A DNA stretch of 64,000 nt. Source: Cyanobacteria bacterium P01_A01_bin.123 (GTDB lineage Bacteria > Cyanobacteriota > Cyanobacteriia > Phormidesmidales > Phormidesmidaceae). Made by a program: the position numbers and the translations under genes. The DNA is taken from NCBI GenBank assembly GCA_039815185.1, contig JBCBZT010000016.1, forward strand, positions 1 through 64,000, given 5' to 3'. The notes beneath the pieces were generated by a model. The model saw only the letters and a list, made by a program, of their open reading frames with translations. It had not been told where the DNA came from and searched no databases. Below are positions 19,116-28,913 of this stretch, one piece after another. Within the stretch, counting starts at the first letter, position 1, and each line of letters begins with the position of its first letter.

Positions 19116-21126
19116 TAGAAACAGGAGTTGAATTCGAAATTGATCCAGAAAAGCCAGCTTCCTTTAAGAGTCGCCGCCAACGGGGCAAAGATTGATCGAG
19201 CCAGAAATAGTCTTGGGGCTTCGATGCAGTCTTAGTCACTGAATCAATAATAGCAGCCGACATCTCTTTAGGATTGCTAACAAACTTTACGCCCGGAATC
19301 TCACGAAGTGGGCTGAAATTGAGCGCATTCCTTGAGATAAAGCCAATAACATATAGGCCCGCCAAATAAACATCCAATATAGCTGAAGTTGATCCTGAAA
19401 CGATGACTAATTCGTGATTTTGAATAACCTCATGCATTGACAGCGTTGTTTTTTCGATTTGGAGTGTTTTGTAGTCGTCTATAGCGATTGGACAAGATGG
19501 ATGTTCCCTAAGGACAAATGTAATCTTGCGGGGGCCTATGTTTAAGCAGGCTACAGACTCTTCGATACACTGAATCATGCTTTGGTTAAACTCAAATAGG
19601 CTATCTCCTAACAATAAAACTTTTAGGATTGGAGAACCATGCATGGGATAAAGCTCGCCGACACTCAAATCCTTTACGTCTCGATGCAAGTCAAGCAAGT
19701 TGAGATAACGTAATGCTTCTACAGACAAAATCTCGTCTGGCGGATACTTCGCGTCAATATAACTTTGCCAAGCGATGGGGCTATTTAAGGCAATAGCATC
19801 AGGCCTAGGTCGAGAACTGTCTTGATGATTGTTTTCCGCTTTAGGCATTAACGCACGCGGATCATCAAAATATCGTAGATCCCAATACCGGATAGTGGAA
19901 TGGGCAACTCCGATGAGTTGCCCATGATCGTATCGTTTCCAAGCATGAATAAATGCCCTTTCCCAGCCCTGGTTTTCCTGTAGATAGAATCCTAGATTCT
20001 GCTTTGGAAGCGTTGCCATGGCGGTGTCAAGAAGCTCAATCCAAAGCAAGTTTTGAATGGCGACAGTGCCGCAAATTGAAGTTAACCAATCTTGCTTTAA
20101 TAATGGCCAGAACCATGCGGCAGAATCGGCAATCCGAAAAGGTTCTGATAGGTATAGGTAACGCCTACTTTTGAAGAACAGACCTAGAAATTTGTAGCAA
20201 ACTTTGAGAATGACTGACCAAGTTAAATAACTTTCTAGGAAGGCATGTCGGCCTTGGTTTACGGCATCCTGGTTAAATTGATTAACCCAAGTCAGCCCTG
20301 TTTGAGCATCAGGCACAACAGGGCTGAACAAGAAATGATGGATCCAGTTCGTGACTGCGCCAAGTTCTTTCATCAAGGCTGGCAAAACTTCCCATTGTTT
20401 TGAGTAAAACTGTCCTGAAGCACATTGAGACGAATCTAAGTGAATAAAATACGATAGGAAAAATATTGATTGACTTCCTGAAAACCAGTGGGAACGATCA
20501 ATTTGTCGTAGTGGCCATCGCGCTGTGATGTGACGAACTAAAAATATGAAACCTTGTAGGATGTGAGGCTTGTGAAGACGGAGGCTCCAGAAGCTAAAAT
20601 TTCTCTGCTTCGACAAGCTTTGCTGCCAAGTGAAGCGATATCCAAGACGATGACACAAATTTTCAATTGCGATCGCCAGTAATCGATCGTCACTAATTAG
20701 ATGGACTACCGAGAACTGTTCAACTCGCAAAAGTTCATCTAGTGCAAGGAGTTTGAGACAGTCAACGATGCGGGGTGACTTAAATGGACTCTTCTCAGCC
20801 AGCAGCGACATCCACCAAAGGTTGTAACCATGGTTGAGCGCAAACTGCTGTTTTAGGGGTTTTCCATCAACTAGCGTTTCACCTAAGTCATGAATAAATG
20901 CTAAATACTTGGTACGCAAGCGATCGCTATTTCCCTCGACATATATCGGTATTGACCGAGTTCCATGTCCAATCTCATAACTATTCCAGTGATAGATGGA
21001 TATAGCCTGTTCTGACTTGATATCAGCATCATCAGTCAAAATATACAACACTTGCCCAGCGTTGCAATCTTTACTAAACGCCTGCATACTGTTCAGTCTC
21101 TTAAGCGGATTTAGCTGCGTGGACAT
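19105..21126 (-). CDS. surface carbohydrate biosynthesis protein (resembles LIC13510/TIGR04326 family), putative GT-B transferase
   Basis: WWMSLLAEKSP.KS, YLQENQGWE.A, H.TIRYWDLRYF, VEALRY, EHP, STSA..D; family assignment from memory. Confidence 0.65.
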   Translation of the reverse strand: MSTQLNPLKRLNSMQAFSKDCNAGQVLYILTDDADIKSEQAISIYHWNSYEIGHGTRSIPIYVEGNSDRLRTKYLAFIHDLGETLVDGKPLKQQFALNHGYNLWWMSLLAEKSPFKSPRIVDCLKLLALDELLRVEQFSVVHLISDDRLLAIAIENLCHRLGYRFTWQQSLSKQRNFSFWSLRLHKPHILQGFIFLVRHITARWPLRQIDRSHWFSGSQSIFFLSYFIHLDSSQCASGQFYSKQWEVLPALMKELGAVTNWIHHFLFSPVVPDAQTGLTWVNQFNQDAVNQGRHAFLESYLTWSVILKVCYKFLGLFFKSRRYLYLSEPFRIADSAAWFWPLLKQDWLTSICGTVAIQNLLWIELLDTAMATLPKQNLGFYLQENQGWERAFIHAWKRYDHGQLIGVAHSTIRYWDLRYFDDPRALMPKAENNHQDSSRPRPDAIALNSPIAWQSYIDAKYPPDEILSVEALRYLNLLDLHRDVKDLSVGELYPMHGSPILKVLLLGDSLFEFNQSMIQCIEESVACLNIGPRKITFVLREHPSCPIAIDDYKTLQIEKTTLSMHEVIQNHELVIVSGSTSAILDVYLAGLYVIGFISRNALNFSPLREIPGVKFVSNPKEMSAAIIDSVTKTASKPQDYFWLDQSLPRWRRLLKEAGFSGSISNSTPVSNVN

Positions 21127-21865
21127 ACTCAGCCATTAGCTTTTCTACTTTTGCCAAATCCTCTGGGGTATCTACGGCTTGGGTGTGATAGCAAGTTGGT
21201 GCCATTCTAACTTCGTACCCATGCTCAAGCACCCGCATCATGTCTATTGATTCCGCAATTTCTAAAGGCGTGGGTTCCATCGCACTATATTCCAACAAAA
21301 AATCTCGCCTGAAAGGAATAATGCAAACTTGCTTACCCATGGGAATGGGGTCGACCTTACATCGGGTCGGAATGGGTTCACGGGAAAAATACAGCGCATT
21401 GAGTTTAAGGTCGCATACTACCTTTATGCAATTACGATCTTCAAATTCAGCCGTATCCTGAATTTTTCCGAGTAAGTTAGCCACCTGAATCTCAGGATCG
21501 TCGATTAAAGGTTGGATCGCTTCAGCCAGCATATTGGGGTGAGTCATCGGTTCATCACCCTGAACCATGGCAACAATGTCGTAACGGGTATTGTAGGTTC
21601 GCTCTAGGCTTAGTAAAGCCTCTGAACACCGATCAGAAGCGCGCTCATGGCGATCGCTCGTCATCACAGCAACTCCGCCAATAGACTCTACATAGTCGTA
21701 GATTTCTTGGTTACAAGTGGCTACAGCAGTCAACTGTAATAGAGGTGACTGAGCAACCCGCTCATAGACATGACCAATCATGGGCTTACCGAGAATAGGA
21801 GCCATAGGTTTACCAGGAAATCGACTGCTTTCCATCCGAGCAGGAATCAAGGCTAAATTATTCAT
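21101..21865 (-). CDS. kdsB: CMP-Kdo synthetase-like cytidylyltransferase
   Basis: IPARMESSRFPGKP, MVQGDEP, ALYFSR.PIP, LE..ES.D..R.LE.G, VDTPEDL. Confidence 0.85.
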   Translation of the reverse strand: MNNLALIPARMESSRFPGKPMAPILGKPMIGHVYERVAQSPLLQLTAVATCNQEIYDYVESIGGVAVMTSDRHERASDRCSEALLSLERTYNTRYDIVAMVQGDEPMTHPNMLAEAIQPLIDDPEIQVANLLGKIQDTAEFEDRNCIKVVCDLKLNALYFSREPIPTRCKVDPIPMGKQVCIIPFRRDFLLEYSAMEPTPLEIAESIDMMRVLEHGYEVRMAPTCYHTQAVDTPEDLAKVEKLMAEYVHAAKSA

Positions 21866-21887
21866 AGAACTTTAAACACAGCAAACA

Positions 21888-22865
21888 TTACAGACAGCGA
21901 CAACTTACCATCATGTGTGAACTCCAACCAGAAGCAGCAATTAAGTTTTGCCATTTTGATTTTGTCGAAGTATCAGCTTGCATGAGGAATGTTCGCCAAA
22001 ACCGATCTTTAATTTTAGATTGATTATTGACTAAGATATCGATGTCCAGTTTTCCGGGCGTACTCACGGACAAAACCTCAAAGCCAATTTTCTGGAGCAG
22101 CATCTGGATTGAGTGAGGATTAAAGAAATTTAAATGATGGGGTGGGGCAATAGACTTTGAATCTTGCCACAACACCTGGATATCAACACCGCTACCCGAA
22201 AGGGTGGTGAGTGTAAATAGATCTCCGGGGTGCATCAGGTGTTTCAGCGATTTGAGAAAGGCAGTAGGATTGTGGAGATGCTCAAATAGTTCAAAGCTGA
22301 CAAAGGCTTTGGGGCCGTCAGGTAAATCTTCCTCCTCAATCGATTCCAAGAATTTTTCAACGACCGCTAGCTTTCGAGAGCGGCAAGCTTCTGCCAACTT
22401 TGGGCTAGGCTCAATCACCGTGACAGGATTTTGAATCAACGCTGACATTTCTTCGGCAAAGATGCCGTACCCCCCACCAATATCAATCACCGTGTGATGT
22501 AGTGCATCGTATTGCTGTAGCGCATCGTAAACCATTTGAGCTTTAGGTTTCCAAATTTTTTCACGACGCGCTTCGGCAGTGACTCGGTAGAATGTCGTAG
22601 CCCAAAACTCAACTGAAGGTGCTTCTGTGTAGTATCTAGAAAATGCTTCTGCTTTAGGCCTGGGAGTCACAAAAAGTGTTAAACACTGTGGGCAAAGGGC
22701 ATAGTCAAAACTACTTTTTTGGAATGATGGATTACCCAAACTACCACAGGCTGGACAGTTTATTGGCTCCCTGTCAACCTCAGCAAAATATGTCTGAACG
22801 TCTAAAGCCGCTAACTGAAGATACTCATCGAAAATAGCTTGCGGGCGGATTTCATACTCTTTCAT
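21888..22865 (-). CDS. class I SAM-dependent methyltransferase with N-terminal CxxC...CxxC
   Basis: CPACG..CPQC, DIGGGYG, FELFEHL, PPHHLNFF. Confidence 0.88.
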   Translation of the reverse strand: MKEYEIRPQAIFDEYLQLAALDVQTYFAEVDREPINCPACGSLGNPSFQKSSFDYALCPQCLTLFVTPRPKAEAFSRYYTEAPSVEFWATTFYRVTAEARREKIWKPKAQMVYDALQQYDALHHTVIDIGGGYGIFAEEMSALIQNPVTVIEPSPKLAEACRSRKLAVVEKFLESIEEEDLPDGPKAFVSFELFEHLHNPTAFLKSLKHLMHPGDLFTLTTLSGSGVDIQVLWQDSKSIAPPHHLNFFNPHSIQMLLQKIGFEVLSVSTPGKLDIDILVNNQSKIKDRFWRTFLMQADTSTKSKWQNLIAASGWSSHMMVSCRCL

Positions 22866-22960
22866 CTTCTAATTATTTAAAGCTCTTTTATATACAAAAA
22901 GATCAGCCCAGTCGGTTCTCATATTTATCAGATTTCGTGACAGCCCATTGTCTAAATTGT

Positions 22961-23722
22961 TCATGGTTCTGGTCTTTGAGAATACAGATTGAGTATCACT
23001 GCATCTATTGAATAGGCAATAAACTGATATCCTTCTGCAATGCGTTGATGGGTTTCCGACGGATCGGGTTGGACGATATGAATGCCCAAGGGAAAAGCCT
23101 GCTGTTGGCAAACCTGACGTACATGATTGATCGCTTCCTTAAAAGAAGGATGCTCAAACTGAGCTGTGATTCCCATCGAGGCCGACAGATCATAAGGCCC
23201 CACGAGAATGGCATCTAACCCCTCAACCTTCAAGATTGACGCCAAATTTTCGACGGCCCGAATATGCTCAATCTGGGCAATTAACAGGGGGGCTTGGGCT
23301 TCCTCAGCATAGGCTGTGAAATGCTTACCAAACAAATTTGCTCGGGAGAAACCGACTCCCCGGCTGCCTGCCGGAGGCCAACAGCAAACCTCTTTCACCT
23401 GCTTGAGATATTCGGCGCTGGCCACCATGGGTACGATTACCCCACCTGCGCCAGCATCTAGGGCTTGCTTACAGTCTTTTGCCTGCCCCTGCATTAGCCG
23501 TACGAGTGGCAGGGTTGCGCCTAACTCTAAAGCTCTGAACAGATCTGGCAGTTGGTGGACACTGATTGAACCATGTTCTAAATCGACGGCGACCCAGTCG
23601 TAACCTGCCTGGCCCATGATTTCCGCCACTGATGGATGGGGAATTTGCATCCAGCTGCCAATGGAATGCCCACCGCTACGGAGAATCTGACGGATATTTT
23701 GAATAGCAGCCAGTCTATCCAC
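22961..23722 (-). CDS. HpcH/HpaI class II pyruvate aldolase
   Basis: DWVAVDLEHG, LDAGAGGVIVPMV, G.RGVG, QIEH, VGPYDLSASMG. Confidence 0.92.
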   Translation of the reverse strand: MDRLAAIQNIRQILRSGGHSIGSWMQIPHPSVAEIMGQAGYDWVAVDLEHGSISVHQLPDLFRALELGATLPLVRLMQGQAKDCKQALDAGAGGVIVPMVASAEYLKQVKEVCCWPPAGSRGVGFSRANLFGKHFTAYAEEAQAPLLIAQIEHIRAVENLASILKVEGLDAILVGPYDLSASMGITAQFEHPSFKEAINHVRQVCQQQAFPLGIHIVQPDPSETHQRIAEGYQFIAYSIDAVILNLYSQRPEP

Positions 23723-24362
23723 AGATCAATTCCTTAAATTTGGGGCCAGCATAGGTTTTTTGCAGTGATCTGTTCAAAGGGGTAGATCTGAGTAAAAAAG
23801 GTACGTAATTAGTCTGGGCAGCGACTAAATCACTTTGCGAGTCACCGACTAACACAGCTTGATCGGGTCGATATTGCCATTGCTGCAAATATTTCATCAC
23901 GGCTTGAGATTTGGGTTTTGGTGCCCCATAAACCTGCTCAAAACAATCTCTAAGATTCAGTGCCGTCAGAATCCGAATAATTTCTGACTGGGGCGTTGCC
24001 GTCACTAGTATAAATCGCTGCCGAGTATGATTTGCCTCCAGATAGGGTTTGATCCCTGGCACCCAAGGGGAATCAATTACGGCTTGTTGGACAAGTTTGG
24101 AGAAGCGATCGCAGAATTTTTGTACCGTCAGCTCATCAACCGATTCTCCGACCCAGCCTAGATAAATTGGCATTTTTTCATATCGAGAGATGCCGCCGTG
24201 GGCTTCATGATGCTGGCGTACTTGTGCTGCGATCGCTTTGCCATAGGGCAAAAACAGATGCTCAAAAGCAGCAGACTTAACGGTTACAGAATCTTTAATC
24301 ACACCGTCAAAATCCCAAAAGATGACGTCGGCTGATTGCAGCAGTTTGTAGATCTGATCCAT
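23715..24362 (-). CDS. HAD family phosphatase
   Basis: WDFDGVIKDS, TATP, GAP.PK, VGDSQSD. Confidence 0.9.
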   Translation of the reverse strand: MDQIYKLLQSADVIFWDFDGVIKDSVTVKSAAFEHLFLPYGKAIAAQVRQHHEAHGGISRYEKMPIYLGWVGESVDELTVQKFCDRFSKLVQQAVIDSPWVPGIKPYLEANHTRQRFILVTATPQSEIIRILTALNLRDCFEQVYGAPKPKSQAVMKYLQQWQYRPDQAVLVGDSQSDLVAAQTNYVPFLLRSTPLNRSLQKTYAGPKFKELICG

Positions 24363-24456
24363 TAATTTTCAGTTTACAAATTCAATCCCTAGCATTAGTA
24401 GAAAACCTGACTCCCTTTACGCAAGAACTGTTAGATATCAACCTACAACCTAGATA

Positions 24457-24993
24457 TCAGCACCGTTCAGATATTCTTACCGCAGGGACACCGCCCACAA
24501 TTGTGTAAGGATCAACACTTTTAGTGACTACGGCACCAGCCGCCACGATACAACCCTGGCCAAGGTGAACGTTTTTTAAGATCACAGCATTGGCACCAAT
24601 CCAAACATCATTTTCTACAATTATTTCCCCGCCAGAATGGGGCTGGTCGCGAATTAATTCATGACGAGATATGCCATGATCAGCCGCACGAAGCACCACA
24701 TTTGGGCCAATTAACACATTGTCGCCGATAAAAATCTTCCCGCCAGAAGCCCCAATTTGTACATTGGTATTCAGGCTGAGATTATCACCAATAATAATTG
24801 AACCATCGTTGCCATACAAATAATTATGCCCCATTGAGCAAAAGTTATTGCCGACTTTGATATTATCTCCACCTAGAATTTTTAGCGGGTATGCGGGTGA
24901 AAAATTCTCTCCACAGGCTAACAAAGATTGCTTTAGAAACCATCCATATAGACGCGGGCCGACTGAAGATAGCTTAGCAAAAAGCCTATGCAT
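24457..24993 (-). CDS. left-handed beta-helix O-acetyltransferase
   Basis: Hexapeptide repeats, [20 protein letters not shown]. Confidence 0.9.
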   Translation of the reverse strand: MHRLFAKLSSVGPRLYGWFLKQSLLACGENFSPAYPLKILGGDNIKVGNNFCSMGHNYLYGNDGSIIIGDNLSLNTNVQIGASGGKIFIGDNVLIGPNVVLRAADHGISRHELIRDQPHSGGEIIVENDVWIGANAVILKNVHLGQGCIVAAGAVVTKSVDPYTIVGGVPAVRISERC

Positions 24994-25027
24994 ACAGCTA
25001 TGAAGATAAAAACAACAAAAACAGTAG

Positions 25028-25897
25028 TTATTCCATGGCCTGCTGAATTTCCGAAATCAACTCTAATAAGCCCTGCCCCAAATCAACATGTAAAGGGGGC
25101 ACATACTTCAGCCCCAATTTGGGCTGATAGGCATAAGGAGTTCGCACATAATGTCCAGCGTAGTCTCCTTCAACGAATTCCACCCCATCGGGAATGTTCA
25201 GAATTTCCGCCAGCATTTTCAATAAATCCAGGACTCGCATGGGCTCTTGTCCTGTCAAAACGACGCTCTGGTTTTGGAACGCTTCCCCTAGGGCCGCAAC
25301 GCTGGCTCGAGCCGCATCCTGCACATGAATATATTCCCGCATGGCCTCTGGGCTGCCTTGGTAGGAGACCTGACCTGTTTCTAAGGCGTTGCGCACAATG
25401 CGAAATAGGCCATTACTTTCATTCGATCGGGGACCATACAGGGAGCCATAGCGCAGTATGGTGTAGTCCAAGTTAAATACGCGCTGGTATTCTTCGACAT
25501 ACTGCTCGGCAGCTTGTTTACTACAGCGGTAAAATCCACCCTCGCGGCTATAGACATAAACGGTACTCGCGTAGATGAATCGCTTGATACCGTGGCGATA
25601 ACAGGCGTCCAAAACATTGACGTTACCCAGGATATTAATGCGTACGGTGTCAATAGGTTTATCTCTGGCCTGGTTCAAATCTGCGAGGGCCGCAAAGTTA
25701 TAAACGACGGTGCAGTCTGCAACAGCTTGTTCAACAGCGGACAGATCTAAGAGATCGCCGACCATCATCTCTTGGTCAGGGCGTAACCAAGGGGAAGGAC
25801 TGCGATCAAATATCCTAACTTGGTGGCCTGCCAAACTTAACTGATCCGCAACGTGGGATCCTAAAAAGCCGCTACCGCCAATGACAGCTACCTTCAT
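25028..25897 (-). CDS. NAD-dependent epimerase/dehydratase
   Basis: [24 protein letters not shown]. Confidence 0.9.
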   Translation of the reverse strand: MKVAVIGGSGFLGSHVADQLSLAGHQVRIFDRSPSPWLRPDQEMMVGDLLDLSAVEQAVADCTVVYNFAALADLNQARDKPIDTVRINILGNVNVLDACYRHGIKRFIYASTVYVYSREGGFYRCSKQAAEQYVEEYQRVFNLDYTILRYGSLYGPRSNESNGLFRIVRNALETGQVSYQGSPEAMREYIHVQDAARASVAALGEAFQNQSVVLTGQEPMRVLDLLKMLAEILNIPDGVEFVEGDYAGHYVRTPYAYQPKLGLKYVPPLHVDLGQGLLELISEIQQAME

Positions 25898-25926
25898 GTT
25901 GAAATGCTTACCGTTGAAATTGCGCG

Positions 25927-26910
25927 TTACAGTTTCTGGCGTTGAACCTCGTATTCTGCTGGTGGTACGGGACTATTCAGGGGCTTGCCCGTTAAAAATC
26001 GTACCGCCTCTTCGGTAGCCTCAATCTCCATTCGGGTACGACAGTCGATGGACATAGACCCCATGTGGGAGGTCAGTATACACCGGTCAATTGCCGCTAA
26101 TTCACCGGAGTAGGGTTCTGAATTAAATACGTCAATTGCAGCACCACCGAGATGCCCTTCTTTTAAGACTTGAACTAAATCTGCCTCATTAATAATTCCA
26201 CCCCGAGAAGTATTGATCAATAACGCATCTGGTTTCATCTGAACCAGCTGCTCTCGACGGATCATATTTTTGGTCTTCGCTGTAAGGGGAACATGCACAC
26301 TAATCAGGTCAGCTTCCTGGTAGATATCGGACTTGGCAGCCCATTGCAGCTTGAATTCTCGGTTTAGCTCCAAGTTAGGCAAAATATCATTGACCATAAT
26401 TTTAGGGGTGCCAAATCCCCGCATCCGTCTCAAGACGCGGGTGCCAATTCGGCCCACGCCAATAATGCCGACTGTAATTTCTGCAATTCGACGACCAAAG
26501 TGGCGTTGCCATTTGCCCTGATGCATTTGGGCGTTAGCAATGTGGATTGACCGTAGCAAAGATAGCATCAACCCTAAAGTTAGCTCTGCCACTGCTGGAG
26601 CAGGCGCATCTGGCGTGTAGGAAACCTTGATGCCCCGCTTTTCTGCGGCCAGTAGGTCAACGCTATCTAAGCCAATGCCGACTCGAGAGATATGTTTCAA
26701 TCGCTGGGCACGGGACATCACATGGTCTGTTATGGGTTCAGTGCCCGCGACAACCGCGTCAAAATCCGAAATAATATCGGCTAATTCTGCTTCAGTTAAT
26801 TTTTTGCCTAAGGGGTTAATAACATAGTCAATACCATTAGACTCCAGCATCTCTAAAGGAAAACGATTGCGTTCTCCAAAAGGAATGGTAGTAATTAAAA
26901 CCTTAGGCAT
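25927..26910 (-). CDS. D-isomer 2-hydroxyacid dehydrogenase (phosphoglycerate dehydrogenase-like)
   Basis: SRVGIGLD, GIIGVGRIG, HVPLT, INTSRGG, DVF..EP, HMGS. Confidence 0.9.
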   Translation of the reverse strand: MPKVLITTIPFGERNRFPLEMLESNGIDYVINPLGKKLTEAELADIISDFDAVVAGTEPITDHVMSRAQRLKHISRVGIGLDSVDLLAAEKRGIKVSYTPDAPAPAVAELTLGLMLSLLRSIHIANAQMHQGKWQRHFGRRIAEITVGIIGVGRIGTRVLRRMRGFGTPKIMVNDILPNLELNREFKLQWAAKSDIYQEADLISVHVPLTAKTKNMIRREQLVQMKPDALLINTSRGGIINEADLVQVLKEGHLGGAAIDVFNSEPYSGELAAIDRCILTSHMGSMSIDCRTRMEIEATEEAVRFLTGKPLNSPVPPAEYEVQRQKL

Positions 26911-26942
26911 TTTATCGAAACCTCAACTGCTAACAACAAGCT

Positions 26943-27980
26943 TCAAAATCCTATTTCAATTCCCAGCTGCCCAGATAATTTCTGAAACTCATCCCAGAGA
27001 TAATCATCTACCGGAATGCCCTCTTTTTGTCGATGTTTGGCTATTTCAATCTGGGGATCATTGGCAAGCTGTACCCGCTCCCCTGGTTTAGAGGGTTCAC
27101 TTCGGATCTCGTGGGTCATTTGTTGCAACCGCGTTTCAAATTCTGTTTGAGACTGGCAAATGTCAGCCCGCAAAACCAGGTAAAACTGTCCAAGGTGGCG
27201 AGGCTTGTCCATAGGAGCGGTGTACATGGGCGGGATGGCTCTGCCAAACGGCATGCCAGTTAACACCCCACTCAGGACTTCTACCATGGCAGCCAGACCG
27301 TAGCCTTTGTACCCGCCGATAGGCATTAAAGATCGAGCCGAGTTTGGATCGTCAGTCGGGTTGCCGTTTTCATCAGCGGCATACGGGTCTGGAAACTTTT
27401 CCCCCCGTTCTCGATACATCAACAATTTATTCCAAGGAATGGGGGTGGGCGCCATATCCAGACAAAAGGGCTCTGACTCTTGCCGGGGGGCAGCCATGCA
27501 AATGGGGTTAGTGCCAAAATAGGCCCGTTCGCCACCATGGGAGCAAACGAGGGCATCGGCATGGGTAAAGGCAAAGGCGATATACCCTTGCCGGGCGGCC
27601 CGGAGGGCAAAACTGGCCATGGCCCCTGGATGGCTGGAATTGCTAACCGCGATCGCGCCCAGGCCATAGTCTTGAGCCAGCGGCATGGCCAAATCAATCG
27701 CTTTCATGCCGGCGGCATGGCCATAGGTGTTGTCTGCATCCAGGTGCCCAAAAGCTGGAAAAACCTGGTTAAAGCGATAATTAGGGCGGGGATTTTTGCG
27801 CCCACTCAAGGCGGACTGGACATAGTGGGGCAATAGCCGAATACCGTGAGAATCGACCCCTCTAAGAGAGGTTTCACACAAACCAAAGGAAACAGCCTCA
27901 CAGGTTTCTTCATCTAAGCCAACTTTGGTCAGTATGTTTTTGTGGAAGGTATAAATCTGGTCAAAGCTGGCGCGTTTCAT
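26943..27980 (-). CDS. Ldh_2 family oxidoreductase (malate/L-sulfolactate/ureidoglycolate dehydrogenase type)
   Basis: RGVDSHG, NSSHPGA, GTNPI, GGYKGYGL..MVEVL.G.L. Confidence 0.9.
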   Translation of the reverse strand: MKRASFDQIYTFHKNILTKVGLDEETCEAVSFGLCETSLRGVDSHGIRLLPHYVQSALSGRKNPRPNYRFNQVFPAFGHLDADNTYGHAAGMKAIDLAMPLAQDYGLGAIAVSNSSHPGAMASFALRAARQGYIAFAFTHADALVCSHGGERAYFGTNPICMAAPRQESEPFCLDMAPTPIPWNKLLMYRERGEKFPDPYAADENGNPTDDPNSARSLMPIGGYKGYGLAAMVEVLSGVLTGMPFGRAIPPMYTAPMDKPRHLGQFYLVLRADICQSQTEFETRLQQMTHEIRSEPSKPGERVQLANDPQIEIAKHRQKEGIPVDDYLWDEFQKLSGQLGIEIGF

Positions 27981-28058
27981 GGTGGTTTTTAAATTGAAGC
28001 GTTAATTTCAGACTCTGATAATTGGAGATTTTGAGTAAAGGGGTCAAGGTAATTCGCG

Positions 28059-28769
28059 TCATCCCTTGTAATATTCGATTTCCGCCATTCCGGCACTCAT
28101 GGATTTCATAAGGTTCTCCGCCATGCGGAAGTCTTCTTCATACTTAATGATCACAGAGGAGAGCCGACTCACTGGAAAATAACCTACTTTCCCAGCAAAG
28201 AAGGCATATCCCTTGTCTTGCATCGCCTGCATAAACGTTGAAGTCCGCCACATCATAATGAAGGGCACAAACGGAGAAACGGGTTTCAGGCTTTGCGTTA
28301 AGGCAAATTTGCCATTGAGATCAAAATTCACCGGACGATTGTCATAAACACACTGAACTTGTTCATTCTTGATGGTAAATAAACTATCCAGCTCATTGTC
28401 AAGAAAATACTGCACGGTATTTTTGATATCCACTACAGTTTGCAATGGCGCAATGGGATTTTCCCACACCACGATATCGGATGGGTAATTTTCGATGAAA
28501 TTTTTGACGACATCGTCGGATTGAACCTGAGAGCTACCCAACTGGGGCGGTCGCAAATAGAATTCGGCACCATAGTCTTCTGCGATCGCGCGGAATATCT
28601 CACTATCTGAATTGACAATCACCCGATCAAAGACATTAGAGGACAGTGCCGCCATAATTGCGTAGGCAATCATGGGTCTACCGTTCAGCATCGCCAGATT
28701 CTTCATCTTGAACCGCGTCGATCCAATCCTGGCGGGAATCATTGCATTAATAGTGGGCTTCGGTTGCAT
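28059..28769 (-). CDS. acylneuraminate cytidylyltransferase family protein (non-canonical C-terminal motif)
   Basis: IPARIGSTRFKMKNL...NGRPMI; C-terminal SVIIKYEEDF in place of SIDID..DF. Confidence 0.8.
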   Translation of the reverse strand: MQPKPTINAMIPARIGSTRFKMKNLAMLNGRPMIAYAIMAALSSNVFDRVIVNSDSEIFRAIAEDYGAEFYLRPPQLGSSQVQSDDVVKNFIENYPSDIVVWENPIAPLQTVVDIKNTVQYFLDNELDSLFTIKNEQVQCVYDNRPVNFDLNGKFALTQSLKPVSPFVPFIMMWRTSTFMQAMQDKGYAFFAGKVGYFPVSRLSSVIIKYEEDFRMAENLMKSMSAGMAEIEYYKG

Positions 28770-28783
28770 AGCTTCCTTACTTA

Positions 28784-28816
28784 AAATGCCGCTTAAATCA
28801 AATGCCGCTTAAATCA
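28784..28816. repeat. 16-bp perfect tandem duplication AAATGCCGCTTAAATC x2
   Basis: Copies at 28784-28799 and 28800-28815, just upstream of the cytidylyltransferase start. Confidence 0.9.
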
Positions 28817-28913
28817 CGTTTGATTTTCTGGCTTTAAATGTTTGAGTCCAGAGCCTGACGCTGCTACAAAGACAACGATGGACATTAGATAGGGAATATC
28901 GGTGGGCTAGGGG

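Noticed and set aside
22869..23111. 80-aa ORF at the aldolase/methyltransferase junction
   Set aside because: Mostly overlaps the aldolase in another frame and has no motifs
24988..25476. 162-aa plus-strand ORF
   Set aside because: Antisense to a well-supported epimerase and has no protein-family signal
25872..25879. GGCGGTAG on the minus strand resembling the RfaH ops element
   Set aside because: It encodes the Gly-Gly-Ser of the Rossmann motif, lacks the downstream TG and is not in a leader
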